A stretch of DNA of 64,000 nt from Deltaproteobacteria bacterium. GTDB taxonomy: Bacteria > Myxococcota_A > Polyangia > Fen-1088. The notes under the pieces are model-generated. The model worked only from the letters and a program-made list of their open reading frames with translations, was not told the origin of the DNA and ran no database searches. The number at the start of each line of letters is the position of its first letter. Position 1 is the stretch's first letter. The translations under genes were made by a program, and so were the position numbers. The stretch lies in assembly GCA_033763315.1 (NCBI GenBank), contig JANRKS010000024.1, positions 128,001 to 192,000 of the forward strand, read 5' to 3'. This document shows positions 18,656 through 28,446 of the stretch, piece by piece.

Positions 18656-19765
18656 CTATGGAAGCACCCAGCCGAACGTAAGATCGCCGAAGCCAGCACC
18701 GCCAACGCGAAGCATTTTTGCCAGGGTCGGGCCTACGAAAGCTTGGCCACCGCCTATGCCCACGGTGAGGCCGTTCCCCGAAGCCGCACCTCGATCCTCG
18801 GCGCTGCCGGGCACACCACCCATGGTGCTTAGAGTCCACGTCTTTGCGTCGGGTGAATGATCAAAGCGACCAGCCCGGAACAACACGAATTCGCCGTTGA
18901 TAAAGAAGGCGCCTCGATCACTGCCGGGCACACCACAGTCGGAAAAGGCCACGCCATCTGCGGTAACCTGACACGCCGAGCGGCTGGCCAACACAAACAC
19001 CCCATTGCCGAAGGCTGCCCCTCGCCATTCAGCGCCGCCGCCGCTGCGAGGCTGCGACCATTTCAAGCCGTCGCTGCTCACCGACGTCATGCCGTTGCCG
19101 CCGCTGTCGTGACCCACGGCCAGGAACAACCCGCCGCCCGCCGCCATCCTCCGAAAGTGGCCGCCTACAAAATCACCCACAGGCGTCCAGGTTTTGCCTC
19201 CATCGATAGATCGGGCGCGCGCGCCATTGCCGCCCGCCGCGACCCACACGCCGTGGTCGAAAGCCACGTCCCCAAGCCAACCTGTGTTGGGCTTCGGAAA
19301 CGTGAAGTTCACACCATCAGTGGTGCGCACCACGTAGCCGTTGCCGAAGGCGCCACCCACTCCTATGAAAACGCCGTTTCCATAACCTACGCCACGCACG
19401 AGGTCGGCAGCCTCTCCGCCATTGCCGCTGCCAAATGAACGCCACGACTTACCGTCGCTGCTCACGCCATAACGGGCGTTGCTCCCTCCCCCGAAGAACA
19501 GCGGCTTGGCACCACTGACGGGCGGCTCATCGTTATCGAGACGCGTTGCCAAGTCTGCTCTCGACGAATCCAACTCACCTGCGTCGACGGGCGACGGCGA
19601 AGGGACGTCGCCTTTAGAGCCACCCTGGGGCTCTGGTTCCTCGGCCTGGCCGCCAACGCCCTGTTCGCCGCCAGCGTTCATCTCTTCGTCGGGCGAGACG
19701 GCACCGGTCTGGGCTTGGCCACAGCCAACCCCCACAACAAGCGAAAACAGCCACGCGAACTTCAT
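18656..19765 (-). CDS. lipoprotein with S-x-D-G-x-x-W (BNR/Asp-box-like) propeller repeats
   Basis: Lipobox VGVGC; repeats SSDGKSW, TTDGVNF, SIDGGKTW, SSDGLKW and YGNGVFIGVG; GGAGG RBS. Confidence 0.8.
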   Translation of the reverse strand: MKFAWLFSLVVGVGCGQAQTGAVSPDEEMNAGGEQGVGGQAEEPEPQGGSKGDVPSPSPVDAGELDSSRADLATRLDNDEPPVSGAKPLFFGGGSNARYGVSSDGKSWRSFGSGNGGEAADLVRGVGYGNGVFIGVGGAFGNGYVVRTTDGVNFTFPKPNTGWLGDVAFDHGVWVAAGGNGARARSIDGGKTWTPVGDFVGGHFRRMAAGGGLFLAVGHDSGGNGMTSVSSDGLKWSQPRSGGGAEWRGAAFGNGVFVLASRSACQVTADGVAFSDCGVPGSDRGAFFINGEFVLFRAGRFDHSPDAKTWTLSTMGGVPGSAEDRGAASGNGLTVGIGGGQAFVGPTLAKMLRVGGAGFGDLTFGWVLP

Positions 19766-19961
19766 GGTGACCCTCCGAGGCTGGGGTGAATTCTAGGGCA
19801 AGGCGCGCAGGTCAACAGTCGTTGAACGACGTAGTGGCTTCGATGGTTCGCGGGGCGCTGCCCCGTGCCCTTCACCAAACCGCGCGTCGCATCATAAAAT
19901 ACCGGGGAGACGAGCCCCTTACCCTGCCCGTCCTTGACTCCACCCGCTTTTCATTCACCCT

Positions 19962-19983
19962 TATATCCGGATTGACGGATATA
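19962..19983. promoter_or_regulatory. 22-bp palindrome with perfect 8-bp arms, candidate SahR autoregulatory operator
   Basis: TATATCCG-GATTGA-CGGATATA overlaps the in-frame TTG at 19972; TTGACT -35-like hexamer at 19934-19939. Confidence 0.7.
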
Positions 19984-20925
19984 TCGACCACCCGTGTGCT
20001 TGAATGGATGGCCGAGCTTGGCGATCTCACGCGGGTGCGCATGCTGGCCGCGTGCGACCAACACGAGCTCAGCGTGGCGGAGCTGTGTGCGGTGCTGCAG
20101 ATCCCCCAATCCACGGCGAGCCGCCACTTGAAGGTGTTGTCGGAAAGCCAGTGGCTCACCGCCCGCCGCGACGGCACCAGCCGGTTTTACCAAGTGGATA
20201 AAGAGGGCTTGGCTGCCCCCGCCCGCCGCTTGTGGAAATTGATCCAACAGCAAAGCGCCGAGGACGGCACCTTGCGTGGCGATGAGGCGCGGCTTGAGCG
20301 CGTGTTGCTTGAACGCCAAAGCCGCAGCGAGGCCTTCTTTGCTTCAAGCGCTGGTCAATGGGACAAGCTGCGCGGCGAGCTGTTCGGTGATCATTTCGAT
20401 CTCTCTGGGTTTCTCGCGCTTTTGGATCCCGGCGCTGCGGTGGGTGATCTGGGCTGTGGCACAGGCAAAACCGCCGAGATGATGGCTCCGTTTGCCAACA
20501 AGGTGGTGGCCGTCGATTCTTCCGCCGCAATGATCAAGGCCGCGCGCCAGCGGTTGCGCCAACACAACAACGTCGAGCTGCATCGGGCACACATTGAGGA
20601 TCTTCCGCTTGAAGATGCCATGCTCGACGTGGCGTTTGTGAATTTGGTGCTTCATCACATCAGCGATCCGCCGCGCGCCTTGCGTGAAGTGGCGCGTGTG
20701 TTGAAGCCGCAGGGGCGATTGGTGGTGCTGGACATGCAGCAACACGAACGCAACGAGTACCGCCAACAAATGGGGCACGTGTGGCTTGGGTTTACGCGTG
20801 AACAGATCGAAGCGTGGTGCAAAGGCGCCGCGCTTGACCTCGTTCATTTCGTGAAGTTTCCACCAAACCCGGACGCCAAGGGGCCTGCGTTGTTCGCGGC
20901 CACCGGGCAAAAACAGTTTTCATAA
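19972..20925 (+). CDS. sahR: ArsR-HTH + SAM-binding methyltransferase-fold regulator (SahR family)
   Basis: ArsR (LGDLTRVRML...ELSVAEL...PQSTASRHLKVL) fused to DLGCGTG domain, immediately upstream of ahcY. Start is TTG 19972 or ATG 20008. Confidence 0.82.
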   Translation: MTDISTTRVLEWMAELGDLTRVRMLAACDQHELSVAELCAVLQIPQSTASRHLKVLSESQWLTARRDGTSRFYQVDKEGLAAPARRLWKLIQQQSAEDGTLRGDEARLERVLLERQSRSEAFFASSAGQWDKLRGELFGDHFDLSGFLALLDPGAAVGDLGCGTGKTAEMMAPFANKVVAVDSSAAMIKAARQRLRQHNNVELHRAHIEDLPLEDAMLDVAFVNLVLHHISDPPRALREVARVLKPQGRLVVLDMQQHERNEYRQQMGHVWLGFTREQIEAWCKGAALDLVHFVKFPPNPDAKGPALFAATGQKQFS

Positions 20926-20955
20926 GCATCGAAGAAAAGAACAAAGGAAGACACC

Positions 20956-22398
20956 ATGGGACGACCTGCATACAAAGTTGCTGACATTTCTTTGCACGAG
21001 CTTGGCCGCAAAGAGTTGCGCTTGGCTGAGCAAGAGATGCCTGGCTTGATGGCTCTGCGCGAGCAATACGGCAAAACAAAGCCGCTCAAGGGCATGAAGA
21101 TCGCTGGCTCGTTGCACATGACCGTGCAAACGGCCGTGTTGATCGAAACGTTGGTTGAACTTGGCGCTGACGTGCGCTGGGCTTCATGCAACATCTTCAG
21201 CACACAAGATTCCGCCGCCGCCGCGGTTGTTGTGGGCCCCACGGGCACCCCCACGGCGCCGAAAGGCGTGCCCGTGTTCGCTTGGAAGGGCGAAACGTTG
21301 GAAGAGTACTGGTGGTGCACGAATGAGATGCTCACGTGGCCCGATGGCAGCGGCCCCGAGCAGATCGTGGACGACGGTGGCGACGCCACGTTGTTGTTGG
21401 TCAAGGGCGCTGAGTTCGAACGCGCCGGCAAGATCCCCGACTTCGACGCCGCCAATGAGCCCGAGGAATGGGGCGAGATCCTGAAGCTGTTGCGCCAAAC
21501 CTTTGCGGAGAACCCCAAGAAGTGGAGCACCTTCGCTGAGTTCTGCCGCGGCGTCAGCGAAGAGACGACCACGGGTGTTCACCGCCTTTACGAAATGCAA
21601 AAGGCCGGCAAGTTGCCGTTCCCTGCAATCAACGTCAACGACTGCGTTACCAAGAGCAAGTTCGACAACCTCTATGGTTGCCGCCACTCGTTGATTGACG
21701 GCATCAACCGCGCCTCGGACGTCATGATGGCCGGCAAAGTGGCTGTGGTGTTCGGTTACGGCGACGTGGGCAAAGGCTGTGCACAATCGCTGCGTGGCCA
21801 AGGCTGCCGCGTGATTGTGACCGAGATCGATCCCATCTGCGCGCTGCAGGCCGTGATGGAAGGCTACCAAGTGCTGCGTCTTGAGGACGTGGTGTCTACC
21901 GCCGACATCTTCATCACCGCCACGGGCAACCAAAATATCATCACGCCCGCTGACATGGCGAAGATGAAAGACAAGGCGATCGTGGGCAACATCGGCCACT
22001 TCGATAACGAAATCGATATGGCAGGTTTGGCCAAGGTGCCTGGCATCGAGCGCATCAAGATCAAGCCACAATACGACGAGTGGAAGTTCCCCGATGGCCA
22101 CAGCGTGTTGGTGTTGGCCGAAGGCCGCTTGTTGAACCTGGGCTGCGCCACAGGCCACCCAAGCTTCGTGATGAGCACCTCGTTCACCAACCAAGTGTTG
22201 GCGCAGATCGAGTTGAAGCAAAAGCGCAGCGAGTACAAGAACCAGGTCTACGTGCTTCCAAAGAAGCTTGACGAAATGGTGGCACGTTTGCACTTGGGCA
22301 AGTTGGGCGTCCGCCTCACCGAGCTCTCGAAGGTGCAGGCCGATTACATCGGCGTGCCCGTGGAAGGCCCTTACAAGCCTGATCACTACCGCTACTAA
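20956..22398 (+). CDS. ahcY: adenosylhomocysteinase
   Basis: [80 protein letters not shown]. Confidence 0.99.
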   Translation: MGRPAYKVADISLHELGRKELRLAEQEMPGLMALREQYGKTKPLKGMKIAGSLHMTVQTAVLIETLVELGADVRWASCNIFSTQDSAAAAVVVGPTGTPTAPKGVPVFAWKGETLEEYWWCTNEMLTWPDGSGPEQIVDDGGDATLLLVKGAEFERAGKIPDFDAANEPEEWGEILKLLRQTFAENPKKWSTFAEFCRGVSEETTTGVHRLYEMQKAGKLPFPAINVNDCVTKSKFDNLYGCRHSLIDGINRASDVMMAGKVAVVFGYGDVGKGCAQSLRGQGCRVIVTEIDPICALQAVMEGYQVLRLEDVVSTADIFITATGNQNIITPADMAKMKDKAIVGNIGHFDNEIDMAGLAKVPGIERIKIKPQYDEWKFPDGHSVLVLAEGRLLNLGCATGHPSFVMSTSFTNQVLAQIELKQKRSEYKNQVYVLPKKLDEMVARLHLGKLGVRLTELSKVQADYIGVPVEGPYKPDHYRY

Positions 22399-22418
22399 GC
22401 AAATCGATCGTTTAGCTC

Positions 22419-22458
22419 AGGCGCCTCTTTCCTCACGGGAAGGGGCGCTTTCGTTTTT
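22419..22458 (+). terminator. intrinsic terminator after ahcY
   Basis: AGGCGCCTCTTTCC-TCAC-GGGAAGGGGCGCTT followed by TCGTTTTT. Confidence 0.8.
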
Positions 22459-22485
22459 GTCAGACGTGGGACACGCGTCGCCGGC

Positions 22486-23883
22486 TTACTTACCGCCTGC
22501 GGCGATGATGCTCATCGAATCGTTAAATGAGGCATCGCAGATGCTGCGCGTAATTCCACCGAAAGCGTCGGCGAACGCACGCAGGCGCAACGCAGGCGTA
22601 GCTGTGCCGTTGAGCGCGGTGCACACCGGCTCGGCGTCCAATAGGTCCGCCTGCGGCGCGCTTACAAAGGCGTATTCTGGGGGCGACTGGCCTGCCGTTA
22701 CCACGCCCCCCAACACCATCACTTCAATGGCGCCAAGAGGTTTGCGTGACCGGACGTTCGCCACCAACTCGTCGATTGGCAGTAGACCGCGAGGCGAAGG
22801 ATTCGCCACGCAGTTGGCAAGCGGCGCTGAGAACGTGCTCAACGGCGGTTTGGCTCCGTTGCAAAGATGCCCTTCGATCGAACAGCGTAACGATCCACCG
22901 GTGCCCGGATACTCATCGGAAGCAAAAAGCGGGGAATCAGGCGGTCCCGAGCAATCATCCTCATCCGTCAACAGAACGAGCGTGAGGCGCGCGTCGTTAC
23001 GAACAAAGCCCGCGTTGTTAGGCGTTAAAACGGGATCGAGCGCAAGCCGAATCGATTGCAGCTGGTGCTCGAAGCCGCACCCCTGAGTTCCAAACTGTGC
23101 CAAACAGCCGATGACCTGCGAGAGCTCGCCGGTGAAATTCTTCTCCAACCCTTGCTGGCTGTAGCTCACAAATTTGCCGGTCTCGAGGCCACAACCTGCA
23201 AGCACCTGGAGCTCGCCGCGATCACCTCCTGGCCGGTTGCACGCTGGGCTCCCCGCGATGAAGGTGGCGCCGGCTCCCACATCCGATGTTATAAAACCAA
23301 CGTGAAGATCCAAGCTGGCACCAAAGCGCGTTTGCAATCCCGTGATGAAGGTGGGCATCGCGGCGCGAAGAAGGTTTTGCTCCTCTCGCATAGAGCCGGA
23401 GTTATCAATCATAAACAGCACGTCGACCTTGTTGGGCGAAAGCGGCGTCTGTGGCGATGGATCTGCATCAGCGCTTGATGAATCTTTTAGCGACGCGCCC
23501 GCGTCCAACGCCGGACGGCGTATGCAGCTGCCTGCTTCGCAGGCATAGTTGGCGCCAAGTGTAAGGCACGCAGATGAATCCTTGCACGGCACGTTGCAAA
23601 TGCCTTGCGTTGCCGCTTTGGTGCCGCAGATACCGTCAACGTTGACGCCGCAGGTGGCTCCCGGGCTTAAACCACTGCACATTTGTGCCGACTCACACGG
23701 CAAGGTGCAGACACCGCACAGGCATTGCAGGCCATCGCCACATGAAGTGGCGCATGTCTCGAGGAAGTGCGACTCGCCATCGCTTCGCGGTGAATCCTCT
23801 TTGTGACACGCTCCCAATAGCCATGAAGCGACCGCACAACCGAAGGCTGCAAACACTAGAATGTTCTTGGCATGCTTATTCAT
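22486..23883 (-). CDS. Cys-rich lipoprotein with a myxobacterial vWA-like domain
   Basis: Lipobox LGAC; Cys-rich repeats; KVDVLFMIDNSGSMREEQ (DxSxS MIDAS), GCGFEHQL, LTDEDDCS. Confidence 0.85.
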   Translation of the reverse strand: MNKHAKNILVFAAFGCAVASWLLGACHKEDSPRSDGESHFLETCATSCGDGLQCLCGVCTLPCESAQMCSGLSPGATCGVNVDGICGTKAATQGICNVPCKDSSACLTLGANYACEAGSCIRRPALDAGASLKDSSSADADPSPQTPLSPNKVDVLFMIDNSGSMREEQNLLRAAMPTFITGLQTRFGASLDLHVGFITSDVGAGATFIAGSPACNRPGGDRGELQVLAGCGLETGKFVSYSQQGLEKNFTGELSQVIGCLAQFGTQGCGFEHQLQSIRLALDPVLTPNNAGFVRNDARLTLVLLTDEDDCSGPPDSPLFASDEYPGTGGSLRCSIEGHLCNGAKPPLSTFSAPLANCVANPSPRGLLPIDELVANVRSRKPLGAIEVMVLGGVVTAGQSPPEYAFVSAPQADLLDAEPVCTALNGTATPALRLRAFADAFGGITRSICDASFNDSMSIIAAGGK

Positions 23884-24874
23884 CTGTTTTCTCCTCGGAA
23901 AGCTCGGTCACACATTGCCCGGCGTAAACTGTGACTTTCATGCGCTCCTGTGGCACGGGGGCCTGCTTGTTGTAGGCCTGCACCTTCGCACGCAGGTTTG
24001 AATGGCGGGCGCGAAAGTCTTCCAGCGTTTGTAGAACTTCGGCTTCATAGGGATGGCCGGGCCAAACGTTGAACGCGTAGGTGCTTCCGCCCACCCGGTC
24101 GCGCAAGTGGCTTACGGCCCCTTGTTCAAGCTTCGTGCAAATGGTTTGCACCACTGAGTGGAAGTGATCGTAGACCGACGCCTCCCAACCCTGCGCAGCC
24201 CCCGCGGGCACCACAAATGACGCCGCGGTAAAATGCGCGGGCTCATCCGCTTTCGCTGGCAAACGGCTCACGCGCCCATCCGCTTGCAGGCGGGCCAGCA
24301 CACCATCGAGCTGCTTCGCCACGCCCGGAAAGTTTTCGATGAGCGCAGGCTCGCTGATGGGCCCCTCGCGAAACACGAGGGCCCACACCAACTCATCAAG
24401 GCCACCATCCACCGTCGGCACAGCGTCGGCGGCGACGGCGGCTTCAGCCAAGCGATAGCGCGTGGCCACGCCCTGTCCCGTCTTGAACACCAAACCCGTT
24501 TCGCAAAGATCGGCCAACACGCCCCGGATGACCGTCGGGTCGTCGGCGCGAAATTTGTCGAGGATCTCGCCCTGAGGGATCTCACGATCATGGGGGATGG
24601 CAGAATAGACAGCCTCCCAGAGCGATCGGCCCCGAAAGGTGCAGCTTTCCTCCAGCCGGCGCAACTTCCGTTGGTAGCTACGCAAGGCAAGGCCGAACAT
24701 GTCCGCGCTGACCTTACGGCTCACGCCCTGCGCTTCGAGTTCCTTGGCCAACTCTAAAAACACCTGGTTCGCGAGGTGCGCCAACGGCGCACGCACACCG
24801 CCACGTGTCGCAAGCTGCGCGATCAAGACGGTTGTCTGGCGGACGATGGCGTCGATCAGCAATTGAACATTCAA
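23876..24874 (-). CDS. conserved hypothetical protein with predicted HTH/wHTH domains
   Basis: HTH-like SRKVSADMFGLALRSYQRK; two wHTH-like segments ending LADLCETGLV and LARLQADGRV; overlaps the next gene by 8 bp. Confidence 0.7.
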   Translation of the reverse strand: MNVQLLIDAIVRQTTVLIAQLATRGGVRAPLAHLANQVFLELAKELEAQGVSRKVSADMFGLALRSYQRKLRRLEESCTFRGRSLWEAVYSAIPHDREIPQGEILDKFRADDPTVIRGVLADLCETGLVFKTGQGVATRYRLAEAAVAADAVPTVDGGLDELVWALVFREGPISEPALIENFPGVAKQLDGVLARLQADGRVSRLPAKADEPAHFTAASFVVPAGAAQGWEASVYDHFHSVVQTICTKLEQGAVSHLRDRVGGSTYAFNVWPGHPYEAEVLQTLEDFRARHSNLRAKVQAYNKQAPVPQERMKVTVYAGQCVTELSEEKTDE

Positions 24875-25006
24875 GGCATCACCTCAATCTTGCCGCGACG
24901 GCGGCTCAAGGAAGATTGCCCTTAGGCGCCGGGGCGCGAAAGCGACAAAAAGTCACCCCACACCTCCGGACGAGGTCCCCGCCCGGCAAAGAACAGCCAG
25001 CCGGTG

Positions 25007-27538
25007 TCAGGGCGACGATGGATCAAGCGTGAAGCTAAGTTCGGCCGCCGCAAACCCGTCCAGCCATTGAACCTCAACCCAACCGGGCCCGCTGCCGCGC
25101 ACTGGCACCATTTTGCCGTTCAGAGTTGCGTGTGTGGCGCCCAAAGCAGGAACGCGGACGACCATGTCTCGCGACCGGGGCCTGAACTTTCCTTCGCAAG
25201 CCGAGACGGCCACCGAGATCTGACGCGAGCGGCGCACACTGCGAAATGATCGTGAGCAATACCCACCCTTGGCGTAAGCCATCGTTTCACCGTCGTCTTC
25301 GTAAAACGTGCGTGTCGACTCCACGTTCGATGGATACACGGTCACCTGCAGCGGCTGCCCAGGCAGTTGCCCCGTGTGCTGCACAACAGGATGCGAGAAC
25401 ACCACACCACCCGGGCGCACGTAAACCGGCAACGTGGAAAGGCTGACCGGCACACTGATAGTTTGCCCCACCGTTTGCGACAGCGCCGTTTCATCCCCGG
25501 CTTTGGCAGCGGCGGGCTTGGCGGCCGCAATCAAAGCACCCGTGGCAAACTCATACCAATCGCCAGGCGGCAAATACACTTCGCGATCCACCGCCACTTC
25601 TTTGAGCACCGGTGCCACCAGGATGTCTTGGCCCCACATGAATTCGTCATCGCGATCCCACGTGGCTGCATCTTCGGGAAATTCTAAAAACAACGGCCGC
25701 ATGGCGGGCACGCCCGTCGCGCTGGCCTTCTGCATTTCGTTGTAGATGGTGGGCAGCAAGCGGTACCGCAGCTCGATGATCTTGCGGTTCTCAATTTCGT
25801 TGACCACGCCATAAGACCACGGCTCTTGATCCAAGCTGCGGCGCGTGGTGTGCGCGCGCATGAATGGGAAAAACACGGCGGCCTGCGCCCAGCGCGTGAA
25901 CAGAGTGGGCGTGGGCGAATCCACAAAGCCACCCACGTCGTTGCCCACAAATGAAAAACCGGACAGGCCCATGCCCAACAACATGGGAATGCCACCTCGA
26001 AGATGCGCCCAGTCGCTTTGGTTGTCGCCCGTCCACACAGCGCTCCACTTTTGCCCGCCTGCAAAGCTGGCCCGGGTCAACACGAACGGTCGCTGGTTTG
26101 GCTTGGCGGCGCGAATGCCGTCGAACGTTGCGCGCGACATCTGCTGGCCATACACGTTGTGCACTTCACGGTGATCGCTGGGTTGGCCGTCGTTGTCGTG
26201 GCGCACGTCAAACGGCATCGTGCCATTGGGCTGATCGCCCACGGCCGGTTCGTTCATGTCATTCCAAATGCCTGCCACGCCCATGTCGAGAAAGGGTTTG
26301 TATAGGCCCGCCCACCACTGCCTTGCGCTCGGCTTTGTGAAGTCTGGATACACGCTTCGGCGTGGTGGTGTGGCGCGCATCGGCCACACAGCGCCCGTGA
26401 ACAAGGAGCCATCGGCGCTGCGAATGAAGTGCCCACCTGATGCCCCTTGATCGAAAACGGAATAGCCCTTTTGCTCAGGCGGGTGGGGATCCACGATCGT
26501 GATCACGCGAAACCCTTGCTGCCCCAATTCCTTCAGCATGCGCGGCGGATCCGGAAAGCGGGTTTTGTCCCACGTGAATGGCTTAAAGCCATCTTGATAG
26601 TCGATGTCCAACCACAGCACGTCGGCCGGGATCTTTTTTTCGCGAAAGCTGTTGGCCACCAAGCGAAGGCGCGACTCAGGCCAATAGCCCCAGCGTGACT
26701 GATGAAAACCAAGCGCCCATTGGGGCGGCAAGGTGATGCGCCCCGTAAGTTCGGTGTATCGGGCCACCACGTCCTTTGGATGCGGCCCCGCAATCACGTA
26801 ATAGTTGAGCTCACCCGCTTCGGCGCCGAACGACAGCAAGCGCTGCGATTCATGGCCCACGTCAAACGAGCTGCGGAAGGTATTGTCTAGAAACACACCG
26901 TGCGCGCGCGCTTTGCGCATCACCATGAAGAACGGCACGGATACATAAATGGGATCCGTATCGCTGTCATAGGCGAACGTATCGTTGTTCCACATCGTAT
27001 ATGTGGTGCCACCCAAGTTGCGGCCGCGCTTATCCAAACGGCCACCCTTTTCACCCAGACCATACACGTGCGCATCGTCTGGCAGTGTTTTCCACACGCG
27101 CGTGGTGGTGCCGGTGAACGCAATGCCGCGATCGGCGTCGTCTTCGTCAATGATTGTGCCGGTGGCGTCGCGAAACGTGAGCCGCAACGGCTTGTGGTTG
27201 ATCGTCACGCTGAGGCCGGGCACCTTCACCACAGACTGCGTTTCCCCCACTTGCACAACAGGCGCCTGCGCTTGCGGGCGCGGGGACGTCAACGCGTAGG
27301 AGTGATCGCGCCCCAACGAGGCACGCGGCGCGAACCGCACCCGCAACACCTGATCGTTTTCGGCGCCCACCCACAAGGTGCCCTGATCGCTGTGAAACAG
27401 CAGTCCCTTGGCCTGTGGCGTGGGTCGGGGCATGTCGCCCAACGAGGCCCATCCGGCCACAGCTTGACGGTCAGCGGCGAGGCCAGCGACCACGCAGCCA
27501 ACGACGAACACCAGCGAAAAAGACCTACGAAAACGCAT
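25007..27538 (-). CDS. secreted GH31 alpha-glucosidase
   Basis: YGLGEK, PQWALGFHQSRWGY, LDIDY, IWNDMNEP nucleophile, HNVYG, WTGDN, DVGGF, FMRAH; N-terminal signal peptide. Confidence 0.95.
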   Translation of the reverse strand: MRFRRSFSLVFVVGCVVAGLAADRQAVAGWASLGDMPRPTPQAKGLLFHSDQGTLWVGAENDQVLRVRFAPRASLGRDHSYALTSPRPQAQAPVVQVGETQSVVKVPGLSVTINHKPLRLTFRDATGTIIDEDDADRGIAFTGTTTRVWKTLPDDAHVYGLGEKGGRLDKRGRNLGGTTYTMWNNDTFAYDSDTDPIYVSVPFFMVMRKARAHGVFLDNTFRSSFDVGHESQRLLSFGAEAGELNYYVIAGPHPKDVVARYTELTGRITLPPQWALGFHQSRWGYWPESRLRLVANSFREKKIPADVLWLDIDYQDGFKPFTWDKTRFPDPPRMLKELGQQGFRVITIVDPHPPEQKGYSVFDQGASGGHFIRSADGSLFTGAVWPMRATPPRRSVYPDFTKPSARQWWAGLYKPFLDMGVAGIWNDMNEPAVGDQPNGTMPFDVRHDNDGQPSDHREVHNVYGQQMSRATFDGIRAAKPNQRPFVLTRASFAGGQKWSAVWTGDNQSDWAHLRGGIPMLLGMGLSGFSFVGNDVGGFVDSPTPTLFTRWAQAAVFFPFMRAHTTRRSLDQEPWSYGVVNEIENRKIIELRYRLLPTIYNEMQKASATGVPAMRPLFLEFPEDAATWDRDDEFMWGQDILVAPVLKEVAVDREVYLPPGDWYEFATGALIAAAKPAAAKAGDETALSQTVGQTISVPVSLSTLPVYVRPGGVVFSHPVVQHTGQLPGQPLQVTVYPSNVESTRTFYEDDGETMAYAKGGYCSRSFRSVRRSRQISVAVSACEGKFRPRSRDMVVRVPALGATHATLNGKMVPVRGSGPGWVEVQWLDGFAAAELSFTLDPSSP

Positions 27539-27613
27539 GCCGCGTACCCTAAAGGCACCGGCTGGCGGGGGCAAGGGCAGGGCGTGCGCGAAGTGCAACA
27601 CGCGTTCGAACGC

Positions 27614-27641
27614 AAAACGCCCCGACAGGCCGGGGCGTTTT
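27614..27641. terminator. intrinsic terminator downstream of the YceI gene
   Basis: Perfect inverted repeat AAAACGCCCCG-ACAGGC-CGGGGCGTTTT. Confidence 0.8.
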
Positions 27642-27660
27642 ACTCAAGCGCGGGCGCCCG

Positions 27661-28359
27661 TTATTTCTTGGCGGGGGCCGCGGCAGGTGCCGCCGCTGGT
27701 TTGGCAACGGGGGGCTTATCAGGAGCCGCACCAGGCGCTGCAGGCGCGGCAACGGCGGGCTTTTCCACCAGTTCGAGATCCACCTGGATCTTCACTTCGT
27801 CACCCACCACAACACCACCGGCGTCGAGGGCCTTGTTCCAGTTCACGTTGAAGTCTTTGCGGTTCACTTTGCCCGACACGCTCACGCCACGGACAACCAT
27901 GCCCCAGGGGTTCTTGATGGGCGCTGTGGGACCAGCGACATCGAAGGTCTGTGACTTGGTCACGCCACGCATGGTGAGATCACCCGTGACCTTGAACTTG
28001 TCTTTGCCGGCCTTCTTGATCGCGGTCGACTTGAAGGTGATCTTAGGGTTCGCGGCTGCATCGAAGAAATCGGGCGATTTCAGGTGTTCGTCACGCTTCG
28101 GATCGCGGGTGTCGATCGAGGCCACGTCCAAGTTGATCACAACGGTGCTCTTGGTCGGGTCTTTGTCGTCGAGGTTAACGACGCCGTCGATCTTGCGAAA
28201 GGCGCCTCGGACGTCCGTGACCATCATGTGTCGCACAGTAAAATCAGCGGAGCTGTGAGAGGCATCGACAGCCCATTCACTGGCCGAAGCCGAAGCCATG
28301 CCCACCAAAGACCCCATCCCCAAAACCGACGCCACCATCAAAGACTGCAAAGATTTCAT
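27661..28359 (-). CDS. YceI-family periplasmic lipid/isoprenoid-binding protein
   Basis: Signal peptide; WAVDASHS, VRHMMV, SIDTRDPKRDEHLKSPDFFD, GDLTMRGVTK, NRKDF; GGAGG RBS. Confidence 0.93.
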   Translation of the reverse strand: MKSLQSLMVASVLGMGSLVGMASASASEWAVDASHSSADFTVRHMMVTDVRGAFRKIDGVVNLDDKDPTKSTVVINLDVASIDTRDPKRDEHLKSPDFFDAAANPKITFKSTAIKKAGKDKFKVTGDLTMRGVTKSQTFDVAGPTAPIKNPWGMVVRGVSVSGKVNRKDFNVNWNKALDAGGVVVGDEVKIQVDLELVEKPAVAAPAAPGAAPDKPPVAKPAAAPAAAPAKK

Positions 28360-28395
28360 TGAGTTCCTCCAATAACGTTTCGCAAACAACCCGGG

Positions 28396-28423
28396 TTAGA
28401 TGCGCCTGCCGCCACCTGGTTGC
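28396..28423 (-). promoter_or_regulatory. candidate ECF-sigma promoter for the YceI gene
   Basis: Minus strand GCAACCA-N16-TCTAA, the same geometry as sigmaE-type GGAACTT-N16-TCnAA promoters. Confidence 0.35.
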
Positions 28424-28446
28424 AGCGTTTATCGGAAAAGATGCAG

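Noticed and set aside
19845-19925. Possible SAH riboswitch upstream of sahR-ahcY (CGCGGGGCGCTGC resembles GAGGAGCGCUGC)
   Set aside because: The AGGCUC P1 partner and a convincing pseudoknot strand are missing. The segment folds as a simple CGCGGGGC-GCT-GCCCCGTG hairpin and lies upstream of the likely promoter. An Rfam cmsearch would settle it.
21184-22386. 400-aa ORF antisense to ahcY (similar shadows at 519-1808 and 26900-28258)
   Set aside because: Expected shadow of GC-biased codon usage on the opposite strand of a clear gene; no recognisable motifs.
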